DNA of 64,000 bases from assembly GCF_009914755.1 (NCBI RefSeq), contig NC_060947.1. One strand, 5' to 3'. The notes beneath the pieces are model-generated. The model was not told the origin of the DNA and made no database searches. It worked only from the letters and a program-made list of their open reading frames with translations. Both the position numbers and the translations under genes were made by a program. The DNA is from the human T2T-CHM13v2.0 reference genome, Homo sapiens. This document shows, piece by piece, positions 1 through 29,638 of this stretch. Numbering within the stretch: position 1 is the stretch's first letter; every line of letters starts with the position of its first letter.

Positions 1-1945
<1,945 letters not shown>

Positions 1946-2510
1946 ATACCAAACCTCTCTGAATATCATCCCAAAGTTCCATGCTTATAATTTACGATAA
2001 CATTTAGTTAACTCCCGAATAGCATACATCCTTGTCAGATTATGTTTTCTCACTTCCACGTCAACATTTTTTGGGTGCCCATCCAACCTGATGCATATAA
2101 ATCTTCATTTCCCATTGGAATGTCCCCAGAAATATTCAGCATTAATGGATCATTTGTTCGTGTCTTATGCTAAAATTTGTTTAAGATGAGTAGGTGTCTT
2201 GTTTGTTCTGTCATTAGAGAGACCATATGTTAGCACAGCCATATGTGGGAGTGTTTTTATTCTTTTAAGAGTTCAAAACAGGGCATCTCCTAAGAAGCCT
2301 TAACTGGATGTCCAAGTACAATATAAAAGCAAAACAATAACTGATGTCCTAGTCATTCCAAACACTATTTATTTTATTCCATTTATTTCCTACATTAAGC
2401 TTAATGTCTAAAAGCAAAGCAAAACAAAACAAAGCAGAAACTAATTTTATTATACAGCTAGACACTGTATAATCTTGGTGCCTAAGAAAATTATACCTGC
2501 ATATTTTCGA

Positions 2511-3648
<1,138 letters not shown>

Positions 3649-4196
3649 TAGAATTAAGTCTTAACATGGAGAAGTGTTTATTGTCCTTTGATTTGATAAC
3701 TGGTTTTATCTTCAACACTACTTATAAGTTTTTTAAGTGTATAATAACTTTACCAAAGTAAAGCCTCCATTTAAATATAAAATAATATATATTTCTTACA
3801 ATGCACAAGTTATTTTTTAGAAAATAGAGACCCATTTTTTGAGGACTTTTCAAACTAGATTTCTCTGAAGATTTTTGTAGTTCTCCCCTTTCAAAACATT
3901 TATTCTTTACCCTTTAAAAGGAATTTATGCATCTGCTGTTTTGAAAACATCTCAAGGTCTTCTTGAGAATACACATATTATACTCTGAAATCCTGAAATA
4001 GCTGGAGTTCTGGGGTGTATACCCAAATTACTTAAATTCTTAAGATGATGAACTCTAATTTTCTCAATTTTTGCAAGTTTTCAATTCTTATGGTCCTGCG
4101 TTTCTAAGTATCATATTTTAATCTATGACTTTCCTCCCTCAGTGTAGCAGGTTGTGATATTATGGAGTTAGAGTCACTTCTGAGAAATACCTTTCA

Positions 4197-5378
<1,182 letters not shown>

Positions 5379-5900
5379 CCAATAATTCACAATTGATTTG
5401 TAGAAGTGGAACTTCTGGGCCAAACTGTGAACACATTTGCATTTTTGCTAGTTATTGCCCCTGCTGCCCCTTTGCCCCATCCCCCCTCCACTGTTTTAAC
5501 ACCTTAAGCCCTGCATAAAACTCTTGGTATAATTTCAGTGTATGTTCTTACACCTCCACAGTGATACTACTGCACTGGGCTACTCAAGGGGACAATGTTG
5601 GTGTCACCTCTGGGAAGGACAGTCAGGTATGACCACCAAGGTGACCAGACAACATTTGCCTGTCCTCCTTCTCCATTGCCGTCTTCCTCTGTCAATGTCA
5701 CTCTCTTCAGAGCCTTTGTGAGGCCCCAGAGGTTGCTCCCCAGGAAACCCTGGCAGTGCCTCATCCATCCCTGCCCTCTCTCCAGTGTCTTAGAATGATC
5801 TCACATCATCAAGAAGCATCTCCTACATCCCCCTTGAGGCCTTCTCTGAAGATTTATAAATAATCCACCACAAAGTTTTAATGACATCATGAATTACTGA

Positions 5901-7276
<1,376 letters not shown>

Positions 7277-7489
7277 TAATAAGGTCAACTCATTGAATGA
7301 TAGTTTTCTGATAGGGTTATGGTCACTTTATTCAAAAAAAGAACCTCAAACCACTCTCTTTTACCAGGCTCCCGGCTGTATTTCTATTGTCCGACTTAAA
7401 AATCCAGGACTTTTCTCAATATGAGTAAAGAGTAAGGAAACAAGTGATGCATCCCTTGTATAAGCCTGTGGTTAGAGAAGCCTGTGAGG

Positions 7490-7784
<295 letters not shown>

Positions 7785-7832
7785 TTAGATCTCATTCCCT
7801 GTCTCAGTCATAATTTTGCAAAGGTGGTTTCA
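7785..7832 (-). mobile_element. 5' terminal ~48 bp of the same LTR8, inverted relative to its body
   Basis: Reverse complement TGAAACCACCTTTGCAAAATTATGACTGAGACAGGGAATGAGATCTAA matches the start of the LTR8 ending at 34511 (minus strand). Confidence 0.88.
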
Positions 7833-7914
7833 TTATCTCACCACTGCACTCACACCTGGGTGACAGAGTGACACCCTGTCTCAAAAAAAAAAAAAGAAAA
7901 AAAGTTTAGATTTG

Positions 7915-8233
7915 ATGACTGGGTCAATCGGCAAATTTCCACCCAAGAGAGACAGGAGACAATGAATCAATTCGTTCCTCTTTGTTGTCCCTGTCTCCTG
8001 CCCCAGCTTCCTCCTGCTTCCGTCAGCTAGAGAAGTCCTGAGACAGAGTTTATGGGGCTTCTCTGGGGCACAGTCCCACAGATTGAGCAATCATATTGCA
8101 CATAAAGATGGCCAGCTTGATAACACACCATTTCATTGGCTCTCCGTCCTTCTCTGCTTTGCTCCCCCAATGGGGAAACAACATATATGTCCTCTGTCTC
8201 AGGCTTTGCTTTCTGAGGAAATCAATCTGAGAT
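7915..8233 (+). mobile_element. Old ERVL LTR fragment (LTR16-like), tentative
   Basis: 3' end CCTCTGTCTCAGGCTTTGCTTTCTGAGGAAATCAATCTGAGATA resembles LTR16 termini. Confidence 0.4.
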
Positions 8234-8343
8234 ATAAAAAGAAAAAAGAGTGATAGGAGCTATAGTGTAGCTAAAATCTCTGATTCTAATTGAGAAAGAC
8301 TGATAGAGAGAAGGAGTCAGACACTGGCGAGCAATCAGAGTAG

Positions 8344-10444
<2,101 letters not shown>

Positions 10445-10509
10445 TAATAATACCAATTAATTTCCAAAATGTATCATTATGTCTAAAAAGCAAGGTGCAA
10501 AACAGTGTT

Positions 10510-12490
<1,981 letters not shown>

Positions 12491-12539
12491 ATATCTTGTA
12501 TATCTTATCTTGTATATCTAAAAATAAACTTTTACATTT

Positions 12540-13476
<937 letters not shown>

Positions 13477-13940
13477 GCATTATTTTTTTTCCCAGAAGCA
13501 AGGAGATCCTCAAATACTAATGGAGGCTTTAGAAAAGAGCTTGTCGTTTAAAAAGAAAAAAAGAAAAAAGGTTAATGAAAGCATATTGAAAAGATAAATG
13601 AACTAGATTGAAGCGGCTCCCACTGATTAAATTTGTGATTATTTGAGCATAAAAAATAATGAATATAATTAAGCAAAACACATGAAATAAGAAAAAAATA
13701 CACCAAAAGCCCCAAACCAAACCAAATCTTATTTCTCAACATAAGAGGTAATTAGTATACATATTCCTAATTCTGAAAATTGGTTGTTAAAGGAGATGAT
13801 CTAAGCAACTTTTTTGCCTTCTCCATAGGAATCGTATTTCAGGGATAATAAAATGGTCTTAGCTGAAAAGGAAACTCTTCTTTTCTGAAGACTGCCTGCT
13901 AATAAATGGAGAAGAAATAATAAAATTGGAACAATCCCCA

Positions 13941-16162
<2,222 letters not shown>

Positions 16163-16285
16163 TTAAGCAATTGAAGACATTTGCAAAGGAAATCGGTATT
16201 AGGTAATAGTAAGAAATTATTGCTCATTTTCTTACATTTATAGTATTGTTGTGGATACATAGGAGAAAGTTATTTATTTAGAGAT

Positions 16286-16809
<524 letters not shown>

Positions 16810-16974
16810 GAGATTAATGCTAAAGTTTTCAGAAGTGAAGTATCACGATATCTGTACTTTAACACAGTGCAGAAATGAAGCAAATGTGGCAAAAGGTTAA
16901 TGATTTTTCAAACTAGTTGGTAAGTACAAGGATGTTCAGTTTCCTGTTCTTTCTGCTTTGTTTTCTCTTTTGTT

Positions 16975-17152
16975 GTTTTTTTTTTTTTTTTTTTAGAGAT
17001 GGGGTTTTACGATGTGGCCCAGGCTGGAGTACAGTGGCTATTCAAAGACTCAACTGAGTCTAGCTCACTGCAGACTGCATAGCACACTGCAGCATTGAAT
17101 TCCTGGGCTCAAGTGGGCCTCCTGCCTCAGCCTCCTGAGTAGCTGGGACTAA
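16975..17152 (-). repeat. FAM-like fossil Alu monomer with a short internal insertion
   Basis: CAGTGGCTATTCA...CATAGCACACTGCAGC, the 7SL/FAM-type motif absent from dimeric Alus. Confidence 0.6.
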
Positions 17153-17352
17153 CTTTGCTCTATTTTTGAAATACCCATAATAAATAATGAGAATAAAATG
17201 AATCTTTATGTATGGAAGCTCCATGGACATCTCATTGAAAACAACATTGACTTACAAAGGTAGCTTCATTCATATTTGTTTCCTTTTTTTTTATTCACCC
17301 TTCATAATACCCCAATTTCATAATGGAACTTTATGAAAATTAATGGTGATCA

Positions 17353-19497
<2,145 letters not shown>

Positions 19498-19684
19498 TTC
19501 TTTACTCTTAATAGTAATATAGCTATCACCTTTTGCTCTTATCTTGCCAACCAGTGTTTAGCAGATATACTTTAACTGATTTTAGAGGTAAATATATGGA
19601 AACAGAGAATGCATAAAATGTTACAGAATACACTTTGTGGTCCTGAAATGCTGTGGGATATCCATTAATTTAACTCTTGCCTGA

Positions 19685-20117
<433 letters not shown>

Positions 20118-20235
20118 GGCGCAGGCAGTGCTCGCGGCAGCAGCGGCGGCGGTGGGAGGTTCGGTTGTCGCCCGTTGACACTCGGCGGCCGCCATTGCAA
20201 TTTGTTTTCACTTGCTTTTTAAAGACAGAAAGCTC

Positions 20236-20484
20236 ATGGTGCAAATTGTTATTTCCTGGGAATCCCTGCGCTGATCGTGTGGCATCATATCCTGAATGGG
20301 AAAATCATCCCCCCCGGAGAAAGCTTTTGCAGTCCCTGTCAAACACACTCCTGGATATCAGGACTGTGATGAGCTTGGCCGCGAGACTGGCACTTGGTAC
20401 CTGGTGAGAGCACTCATCAAAGACAAGATCCTTTTCAAAACCTGCCCCAAGCCCATTATCACCAACGTCCCCAAGAAAGTATGA
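20236..20484 (+). pseudogene. CHTF8: Remnant CHTF8 (CTF8, alternative RFC clamp-loader subunit) coding sequence lacking its internal exon; non-functional
   Basis: ATG 20236 reads MVQIVISWESLR* (stop 20272-20274). The ~39 codons of CHTF8 (recalled ARAGGLAEWVLMELQGE...LHYTTE) are absent at the junction 20258/20259. The C-terminal half is present in another frame (ORF 20296-20484). Confidence 0.88.
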
Positions 20485-22021
20485 AAGAGCTCGGATTTTC
20501 CCTAGAGAGCGGCCAACTCCTTGGACTGGTGCTCCGCTGCCACCTCAAGGACGGCTGGACGGTTCCCTGGGACGACAGGGGGGTCCTGTTCTGAACACAG
20601 GCCACCCACTGGGTGTGAACTCGGATCCCTTCCTTATGGCGGCTGGTTTTCTTGGTGGAAATCTGGCCCCATTTCCAAGGAACTCATCTCCTTTTCCAGC
20701 TTCATCAGGCTCATTGGCTTCAAATCCAGCACCTTTCCCGGCTGGTGCTCGTGACCCAAGCATGGCTTCTTTTCCAAGAGGGATGAATCCCACTGGCACA
20801 GGTGCAGTTTCTTTCCCAAGGCCTGGTGGCTTCTTGGGGCCAGGCCCGGGACGAGGCCCCACCCTAAACCCTAGGACAGGGGCTCTTCCAGGCCTGGGGC
20901 CTCTGTCTAATCCCAGGTTAGGGGGTCTCCCAGGACCAGGTCCTATATCCAACCTAAGGGCAGGTAGTCTCCTGGGAGCAGGTCCTGACCCCAGAAGTGG
21001 TGGTCCCATGGGCCCTGGATCTGGACCTAACCTGAGAGCAGGTGTTCTGTTGACTTCTGGGAATGGTCCTCCCAATCCTTGGCCAGTTGGCCTGGGCCCA
21101 GGACCAAACCCCAATCTGAGATCAGGCTTTTTAGGGACAAACCCTGCCCCCAGGTTAGGTGTGTTTCCAAGACCAAGTGGCCTGGGCCTGGGCCGTAATC
21201 TAGATGCCAGAGCAGGTGGCCTCTTGGGCACAGGACCTGGTCTTAAGAATAGCTGGACCTCAAGGCCTCGATCTTTTCCCCATTCTAAGAGCGGCAGGTC
21301 TTTTAGGAGCAAATTCAGCTTGTCACAGGCTTCTGGAAACATGGGCACAAGCCCGTCTTCCATGGCAAGAGTACCTGGCCCCATGGGTCCAAACTTGGGT
21401 CCTGGCCCTCGGGAAATTGGCCTTCCAGGGCCAAATCCATCTCCCATGTCAAGGGCTCCTGGCCCCATAGGCCCTAATTCAGCTCATTTCTCAAGGCCAG
21501 GGGGCCCCATGGGGGTAAATGCCAATCCCTTTCCCAGGGGAGCGGGTTCATCTGCCTTCTCTCAGTCTTCTGGCACATTGGCATCAAACCCAGCTATCTT
21601 CCAAAGGTCTGCTGGCCTCCAGGGCTCAAATCCAACAGTTTTCCCAAGAGCCTCTGGGCCACTTGGCCCCAACCCAGCTAACTTCCCAAGGGCCGTTGGC
21701 CTGCAGGGTCCAAGTCTGACTACCTTCCCAAGGTCTACTGGCCCATTAGGCTCTGGTCAAGTTACTTTCTCCAGGTCAGCTGCCGGGCACCTGGGCTCTT
21801 CTCCAGCAGGCCCTGTGGGTACCAACCCAGCTCCTTTCGCAAGGCCAACTGGGACCCTGGGTCTCAACCCGGCTTCCTTTCCAAGGATGAATGGCCCTGC
21901 AGGCAAGAGTTTGGTCCCATTTCCTAGAGTGGGGAGCCTCCCTGGCACAAACCCAGCTGCTTTCCCCAGACCAGGGGGTCCAATGGCTGCAGTGTACCCA
22001 AATGGAATGTTACCCCCTTAA
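20481..22021 (+). pseudogene. DERPC: DERPC-homologous coding region: 1-nt frameshift at codon 4, then a 468-codon open frame (GTG 20615, first in-frame ATG 20636)
   Basis: ATG AAA GAG (MKE) at 20481 overlaps the CHTF8 [30 protein letters not shown]... continues in a shifted frame into ORF 20615-22021, which matches recalled DERPC ([10 protein letters not shown]...[15 protein letters not shown]). Confidence 0.88.
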
Positions 22022-22874
22022 ACACCTTTTTCCCTCCAGGACCACCTTAGTTTCTAGGCACTGTGGTTCTCAGCAGTGGCTGTCTCTTAGGTAAAAGGGT
22101 GGAGCTACAGTCTGAAGAACATAGCTGGGGCTCAAGTTCAAATGAGCCATCTTTTTCCTCTGCGTTTTTCTTGACTGAAGGTGAGCTGTTATTTGTGGCA
22201 CATGAACTGTGGCAGGTGAGAATAATCCTGGCCTTGAGAGAAAGGATCTCCAGCCTCCCAGAAGCCTGCTGTGCTTTCATCCCACAGCTTTCTGCCCATT
22301 GTTTCTTACTAGTTTCTTGAATTGTTCTTGTGAACTTTTCCCCAGGGATACATTGGCCTACGGGTCCCAGTTCACATGTAGTCCCCTGCTCACCGTTGGA
22401 GAATCAGCTCACTGCTCTCTAGAAACGTGGCATTGGTGAACTGACCATTCTTCCATAGCTCTGACCTGGGCAGCTTGGAACTGGTCATCCTCAACTGCCA
22501 TACCTTTCCCTGGGGGCTTGAACACAGAACAGGGAGATGGACAACCACTTCAAAGACCCACCAAATGCAGTTTCTGCTTGACTGACTGGGCCTGTAGCTC
22601 CCTTCTCCTGGGACTTAGGAGTAGCCGGATTTAAGGCTCCTCTACCCATCCAGCTCCCTCTTCACTGGTACTCCCAATCAAAGAACCTCAAAATTTAAAC
22701 TGATGTGGATGGGTATATGGGAATTGGGGTGAGGGTGGGGGAAGGAAGGGAAGAAATCACTGTGCTTCGTTCAGCCTGGTGTGAAAGGATGGTTGGTGGT
22801 TTTCCTGCGTTGTATCTTTTCTTACTGTTTCTTTAATAAATGGGATGAGAGGGCAAAAGAAAAAAAAAAACACT

Positions 22875-23112
<238 letters not shown>

Positions 23113-23459
23113 TCATGGTGGATCACAGACCACATTCTGGTCTCAGGGAGATCTGGGTTCAAATCCAGCTCTACCAGCTCATGACTATGAGTTATAGCCA
23201 GATAAAAATAGAAGATACAGGATAAAATAGAATATTTAAGGAATTCAGAGCCCAATTAGAGGTAAAGAGAGTTTAGTCTGCCACTTGAGTAGGGTTGCAG
23301 ATTTCTAGTTAACCCAATCAGGTAACTAAAACTTTATAGCTAAAAGGTATGGCCTTATGCCCTCCCATGAGCAAAGTGGCTATTTTTTAAAAAAGGGGGT
23401 TCCTCACTTTTGCTATGAATAAAATTATTGTGACTAATTTTGTAAGAAAAATATGATAT

Positions 23460-24212
<753 letters not shown>

Positions 24213-25190
24213 AAAAAAAAAAGCAGGGGTTTCCTGTGTACCCTGTGACTAAGATAGAATAATTCAGGAAGCATGAGTCTCTTAAATCCTATGTCTGGGT
24301 CTTGAATTTCTAACTATACAAACACATCCTGAGGGGAAAAGCCACCTTCTGACTTCAGCTCAATTTACCTGATATAGTAAATCTACTACCCTTATTTGGG
24401 TAAGTGACTTTTCAACCCTGGGGAGAATTTAGAATGATATGATGAAGTAAATAGCCATAGTAGAAACACTTTTTATAAATTAAAAACAATTTCTTTGTAA
24501 TGTTTAAGAGAATCTAGCATTTTAGGAAATCTGTTAGATTAGCCTTCAGCAATTGATTTTGACTTGTAATTTCACATAGATAAGTATAAGAGATTTTCAC
24601 AAGCATATTAACAGTATTGAAATGTTTATGAAAGCTCAAGATTCAACAAATTTATAGGTTTAATTTATTATCTTCACCAGAGTCATTTAACCAACTGGTA
24701 GAATTTTGTTTGTTAGGATTATACTTACGCCTTGTCAGGCAATTGAAGGGCTCGAAAAGTTCAAATATATTAAATTTATGAGTGTAGTTTAAAAAGGGGA
24801 AATAAATAAGTTTATAAATTGGATTGTTTAAAGTGATTTTAATCTGCTTGAACTGTGTTGACTATTAATCAAAGAATAAATGAAAGTAATTGCTCTTATT
24901 TTATACAATTACAAGATTTATAAATAGCATAACTAATAATATTCATAAATTGTGTTTAACACTTTAAAAAAACTAAATGTGCAAGTTAGAAATTGCATAT
25001 TATTATAAAACCCAAGTAACTATAGGTAGTCCAAGAAACCCCTAGTTATGTCACCTTTGGATGAGCTTCAGTAGCCTCATCTGGAAAATTTCTAGAGTGT
25101 TTGTGGAGACAATTAAATAAGATAATATGTCCAAATCACTTAGTCCAGTATCTCTCATAAGGTTTCACTTGACAGATCATTCTACATTTA

Positions 25191-25636
<446 letters not shown>

Positions 25637-25732
25637 CTACAACAATACAGGTCCACAGATGCTGGGTACTTAACTACGTTCCAGGCACTGTAATTAGTGC
25701 TTTACATAGATTATTTCATTTATTTGTCGCAA

Positions 25733-26365
25733 TGTACTGGTATCATTGGGGTTTGATCAGAGAAGCAGAACCACTGTGAGTTAAATAAGAAATTTAGCTT
25801 ACAGATCAGACCTTACGAATATTGAGAGCTGTGTAGTTTGTGTATAGCTCTTGCTTCTGCATCGGATTTTCGGCCTGAAGTCAGCATCTGCAGGAGTTGG
25901 GAAGGGAAAATGGGTGTAAAGTGGAAGATAGCAAGAAAGAGCTGAAACTCACATCTGTCTCTCATCAGAACTTACATTGGTCACATTGGTATCACATTGG
26001 AATCTTCGTCGGTCTCTCACTGTCTCTAAGCCTCCGACTTTAAAGATGCCAGTGACCTGTAGAGGAGCTGGCACACTTCACCACAGAACTTCACACAGAG
26101 TTGGCCCAGGATCCAGAGATACTGAAGAAGAGCTGGCCAGGGCTGGAAGAGCTGCAGGCCCAGTTGGTGCCCTACATGAATAATGCAAACCAGATCTGTG
26201 CTGATGTAGGGAAACTACAACAGCAGTGGCCCTATACCCTACTTCCTGCCTTACTTCTGCCCTCCAGTTTCCCCTGTGGTCAACTCTAACCCAGCACCAA
26301 ACAAGGAAGGGAATTCTGGGAATCTTAGTTCCAACTTAGCTAAATTGATACAATGCAAAGCTACG
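25733..26365 (-). mobile_element. ERVL-class LTR (LTR41/LTR52-like) inserted in a MIR
   Basis: ATCAGAGAAGCAGAACCACT near one end, GGAAGGGAATTCTGGGAATCTTAGTTCCAACTTAGCTAAATTGATACA at the other; MIR-like flanks ~25640-25730 and ~26366-26510. Confidence 0.55.
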
Positions 26366-26605
26366 GTTATCCCCATTTTACAGAGAAACAAACTGGCTTA
26401 GAAGGTTAAATAACTTGCACAAGAGCACACAGATGGTAAGTGGGAGAGCAGGAACATGAACAAAGACAGTCTGGCTCAGAACCGGAATCTTGACCACTGC
26501 CCTCTACTGCCTTTCCCTAATGCGTGAAAATTAGAAGAAAGCAGCCAGACTCGGTGACTCAGGCCTGTAATCCCAGCACTTTGGGAGGCCAAGGCAGGTG
26601 GATCA

Positions 26606-26821
<216 letters not shown>

Positions 26822-26823
26822 TC

Positions 26824-26900
26824 AAAAAAAAAAAAGAAAGAAAGAGAAAGAAAGAAAGAAGAAAGAAAGAAAGAAGGAAAGAAAGAAAGAAGGAAAGAAA

Positions 26901-26940
<40 letters not shown>

Positions 26941-27008
26941 AGGAAAGAAAGAAAGAAAAAAGAAGGAAAGAAGGAAAGAAACAGAAAGGAAGAAGGAAAG
27001 AAAGAAAA
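26824..27008. repeat. (GAAA/GGAA)n polypurine microsatellite grown from an Alu tail
   Basis: ~185 bp of almost pure A/G (one C). Confidence 0.95.
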
Positions 27009-28354
27009 CGAAATTTAGAAGAAAGCAAGTTTCAGCTCAATGGCAAAATGATCAGTTTAGCAGTATGAGCTAGCCCACGGTGGAACAAGCTGCTTTGCAA
27101 AGCAGAGGGTTCCCTGTCCTAGATGATGCTCAAACACAGGCTGGGTGGCCATCTGTCAGAGATATTACACAAGAGGGTACCCACTGGGAGGGAGAATGAA
27201 CTATGTGGCTACTCACAGCACTTTCAACTCCAAGATTCTACGTTTCTAGAACATATAGTTCAGGGAAAGGGCTGGAACTCACAGCGTACAAGGAACATAA
27301 CAGAAGGGACGGAGAAGACAGAAATGCTCAAGGGTGGGCTGGAAAGAGACTTAGCCAAGCTGTGCCAAACGGTGCCAAAATTCACTGTGAGAAAAATAAA
27401 AATTATAGTCAACCCAAGAATTGTTTTTCACACACATGGTACCACATTAAAAAAAGAAAAAAAAACTCTTTAGTGGTGTTTTTTTTTTTAATTCCATTAA
27501 TTGACTTGATCTCACTGAATTGACAGGCCATTTTTGTTGTTGTGTAGGTGTGATCTTTAAAAGACCTGTGGAAAGACTGCAAATTAAGACATGCTATCCA
27601 TTGACTCTTTAAAATGAAAGTTTAATCAATTGAGGGCATGACAAAAAGTTTGAAGCAAATATCCAGATACTTCAGAGAATGGCTTAGAAAAGAATTTTCA
27701 CATTTGAATCTCTGCCAACATAAACACATAATAGTGAACCTTATGTCTCGGTTACAGTTTAAAAAATTAAAAGAAAAAGGCAGTGACTACTCCAATGTTT
27801 CTGTAGCTGATGCATCCTAATAGCATCTTTCCAAAGCAGATATTACAATAATTTTCTTTTCTCCCCTCAAATTCTACACAAGCTGGTTCACCAGCTATAC
27901 ACATTGGAGGTCATGAAAAATCAAGGTAAAGTTGTTAGATGAAATTGACTTCTCACCAAAAAAATTACAAATCTGTAAAGTTTATGGAATAATAAAATCT
28001 TAAAGCCAATAGATATAAATGAAATCCCATGAGAAAGGTTATTGCAAGCCGGGCGTGGTGGTTCACACCTGTAATCCCAGCACTTTGGGAGGCTGAGGTG
28101 CGTGGATCACGAGGTCAAGAGATTGAGACCATCCTGGCCAACATGGTGAAACTCTGTCTCTACCAAAAATACAAAAATTAGCCAGGCGTGGCAGCACGTG
28201 CCTGTAATCCCAGCTACTCAGGAGGCTGAGGCAGGAGAATCGCTTGAACCCGGGAGGCAAAGGTTGCAGTGAGCCAAGATAGAGCCACTGCACTACAGCC
28301 TGGCGACAGAGCAAGACTCCACCTCAAAAAAGAAAAAAAGAAAGATTATTGCAG

Positions 28355-28573
28355 TGTAGCAGATGTCTCTCTCCACCCTTCTCTGCCTGCTCTCTACCCA
28401 GGTGGCTGACTTGAATGGAGCACAATTAGTGGGCATCATTGTTCTCTGGTTTCCAGTGGGGTTTAGCCAATGCGCAGTCCCAGAAGATCAGAGGGAGGAA
28501 AGAGAGTCAAGTTATGGTATTTATTCTCCTAGCATTCTCCGTTCAAGGTCACCTTAGGCAACAGAAGATAGTG

Positions 28574-28608
<35 letters not shown>

Positions 28609-29131
28609 TTTTCGAGACAGAGTCTTACTCTGTTGCCCAGGTTGGATTGTAGTGGCGATCTTGGCTCACTGCAACCTCCACCTCCTGGGTTCAAGTGATT
28701 CTCCTGCCTCAGCCTCCCAAGTAACTGGGATTACAGGCATGAGCCACCACGCCCGGCTAATTTTTGTATTTTTAGTAGAGATGGGGTTTCACCATGTTGG
28801 TCAGGCTGGTCTCGAACTCCTGACCTCAGGTGATCCGCCCCCCTTGGCCTCCCAAAGTGCTGGGATTACAGGCGTGAGCCACCACACCTGGCCAGATAGT
28901 GTTGTCCTTAAGGCATCTCTCTCTCTCTCCACCTCTCTCTCTTTCTCATCCCATTGTTAGTATAAACGGTAAAGGCCCTCCACTGTTAAGAGACTCAGGG
29001 GACTACACTCTCCTCTGTGGCCTCCCTACTCCCTGCCCCACACCTTTGTAAGCAGTCGGTTATTAAACCCTCCTCAAATTATGTTAATTAGAGAATGCCT
29101 TCTGTTTCTTGCTGGGCCCCTGACTGATACA
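28355..29131 (+). mobile_element. LTR33-like ERVL LTR containing a minus-strand Alu (~28575-28893)
   Basis: CTCTGGTTTCCAGTGGGGTTTAGCCAATG...GATCAGAGGGAGG motif; end TCTGTTTCTTGCTGGGCCCCTGACTGATACA. Confidence 0.55.
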
Positions 29132-29411
29132 CACAGAATTATTAAAATACTAGTAATTGTCAGATCTCAGCATTAGTGCTATGTCCACCATTTTCAGAAA
29201 GTTAGATTCTCACATTTCTTTTTTTAATGTCTCTTAAACATTTTTTCACAAAGATTCTCACATTTCTATTTCTGAAAATTCTAATTATGAGTGAGACGGT
29301 TACACCTAGAGTTTGGTGTTGTTAATATTTCACACTCTGGAGCCAGAATGCCTGGGTTGAATCTCAGCTCTAACACATACTAGTTCTGTAATTTGGGCAA
29401 ATCATCTAACC

Positions 29412-29638
29412 CAGTGATTCTCAACCTGGGGGTAGTTTTGCCCCTCAGGGAACATTTGGCAATGTCTGCAGACATTTGGATTGTCACAACTGGGGTGGAG
29501 AGGTGTTGTTATGGCACCTAGTCATGGATAGACAACAGAGATGTTGCTAAACATCATACAAATGCACAGGACAGCCCCCCACCACAAAGAATTACATGGT
29601 CTGAAATGTTAATAGTGCCAATAGGTTGAGAAACCCTG
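29412..29638 (+). mobile_element. MER20 (hAT-Charlie non-autonomous DNA transposon) nested in a MIR (~29330-29790)
   Basis: TIRs CAGTGATTCTCAACCT / AGGTTGAGAAACCCTG; core ACATTTGGCAATGTCTG; degenerate 8-bp TSD ATCTAACC / ATGTGACC. Confidence 0.85.

Larger units (their letters stand above)
20118..22870 (+). pseudogene. CHTF8P1: Processed pseudogene (full-length retrocopy) of the CHTF8/DERPC locus, DERPC-type exon-skipped isoform
   Basis: CpG-rich 5'UTR from 20118. CHTF8 N-terminus MVQIVIS at 20236 is joined directly to last-exon sequence ([17 protein letters not shown]...[21 protein letters not shown], stop 20482-20484), followed by the DERPC Gly/Pro-rich frame ending YPNGMLPP* at 22021. No introns; AATAAA 22835-22840; poly(A) 22855-22870; sits between the two arms of one Alu. 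Parent recognised from protein sequence; the P1 symbol is from memory, not verified. Confidence 0.93.

Noticed and set aside
16975-17152. Possible 7SL RNA gene or pseudogene
   Set aside because: Lacks the 7SL S-domain; fits a fossil Alu monomer.
20545-21468. 307-aa Gly/Pro-rich ORF on the minus strand
   Set aside because: Antisense shadow of the GC-rich DERPC frame (GGN/CCN codons read as Pro/Gly on both strands); no independent gene features.
20615-22021. Collagen-like or novel repeat protein gene
   Set aside because: No strict Gly-X-Y periodicity; recognisable as DERPC inside a poly(A)-tailed, intronless retrocopy.
25974-26002. Triple ACATTGG repeat; also the 12-mer tandem ATACATTTACCA at ~42443-42474
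   Set aside because: Short slippage duplications without unique spacers; not CRISPR-like or otherwise structured arrays.
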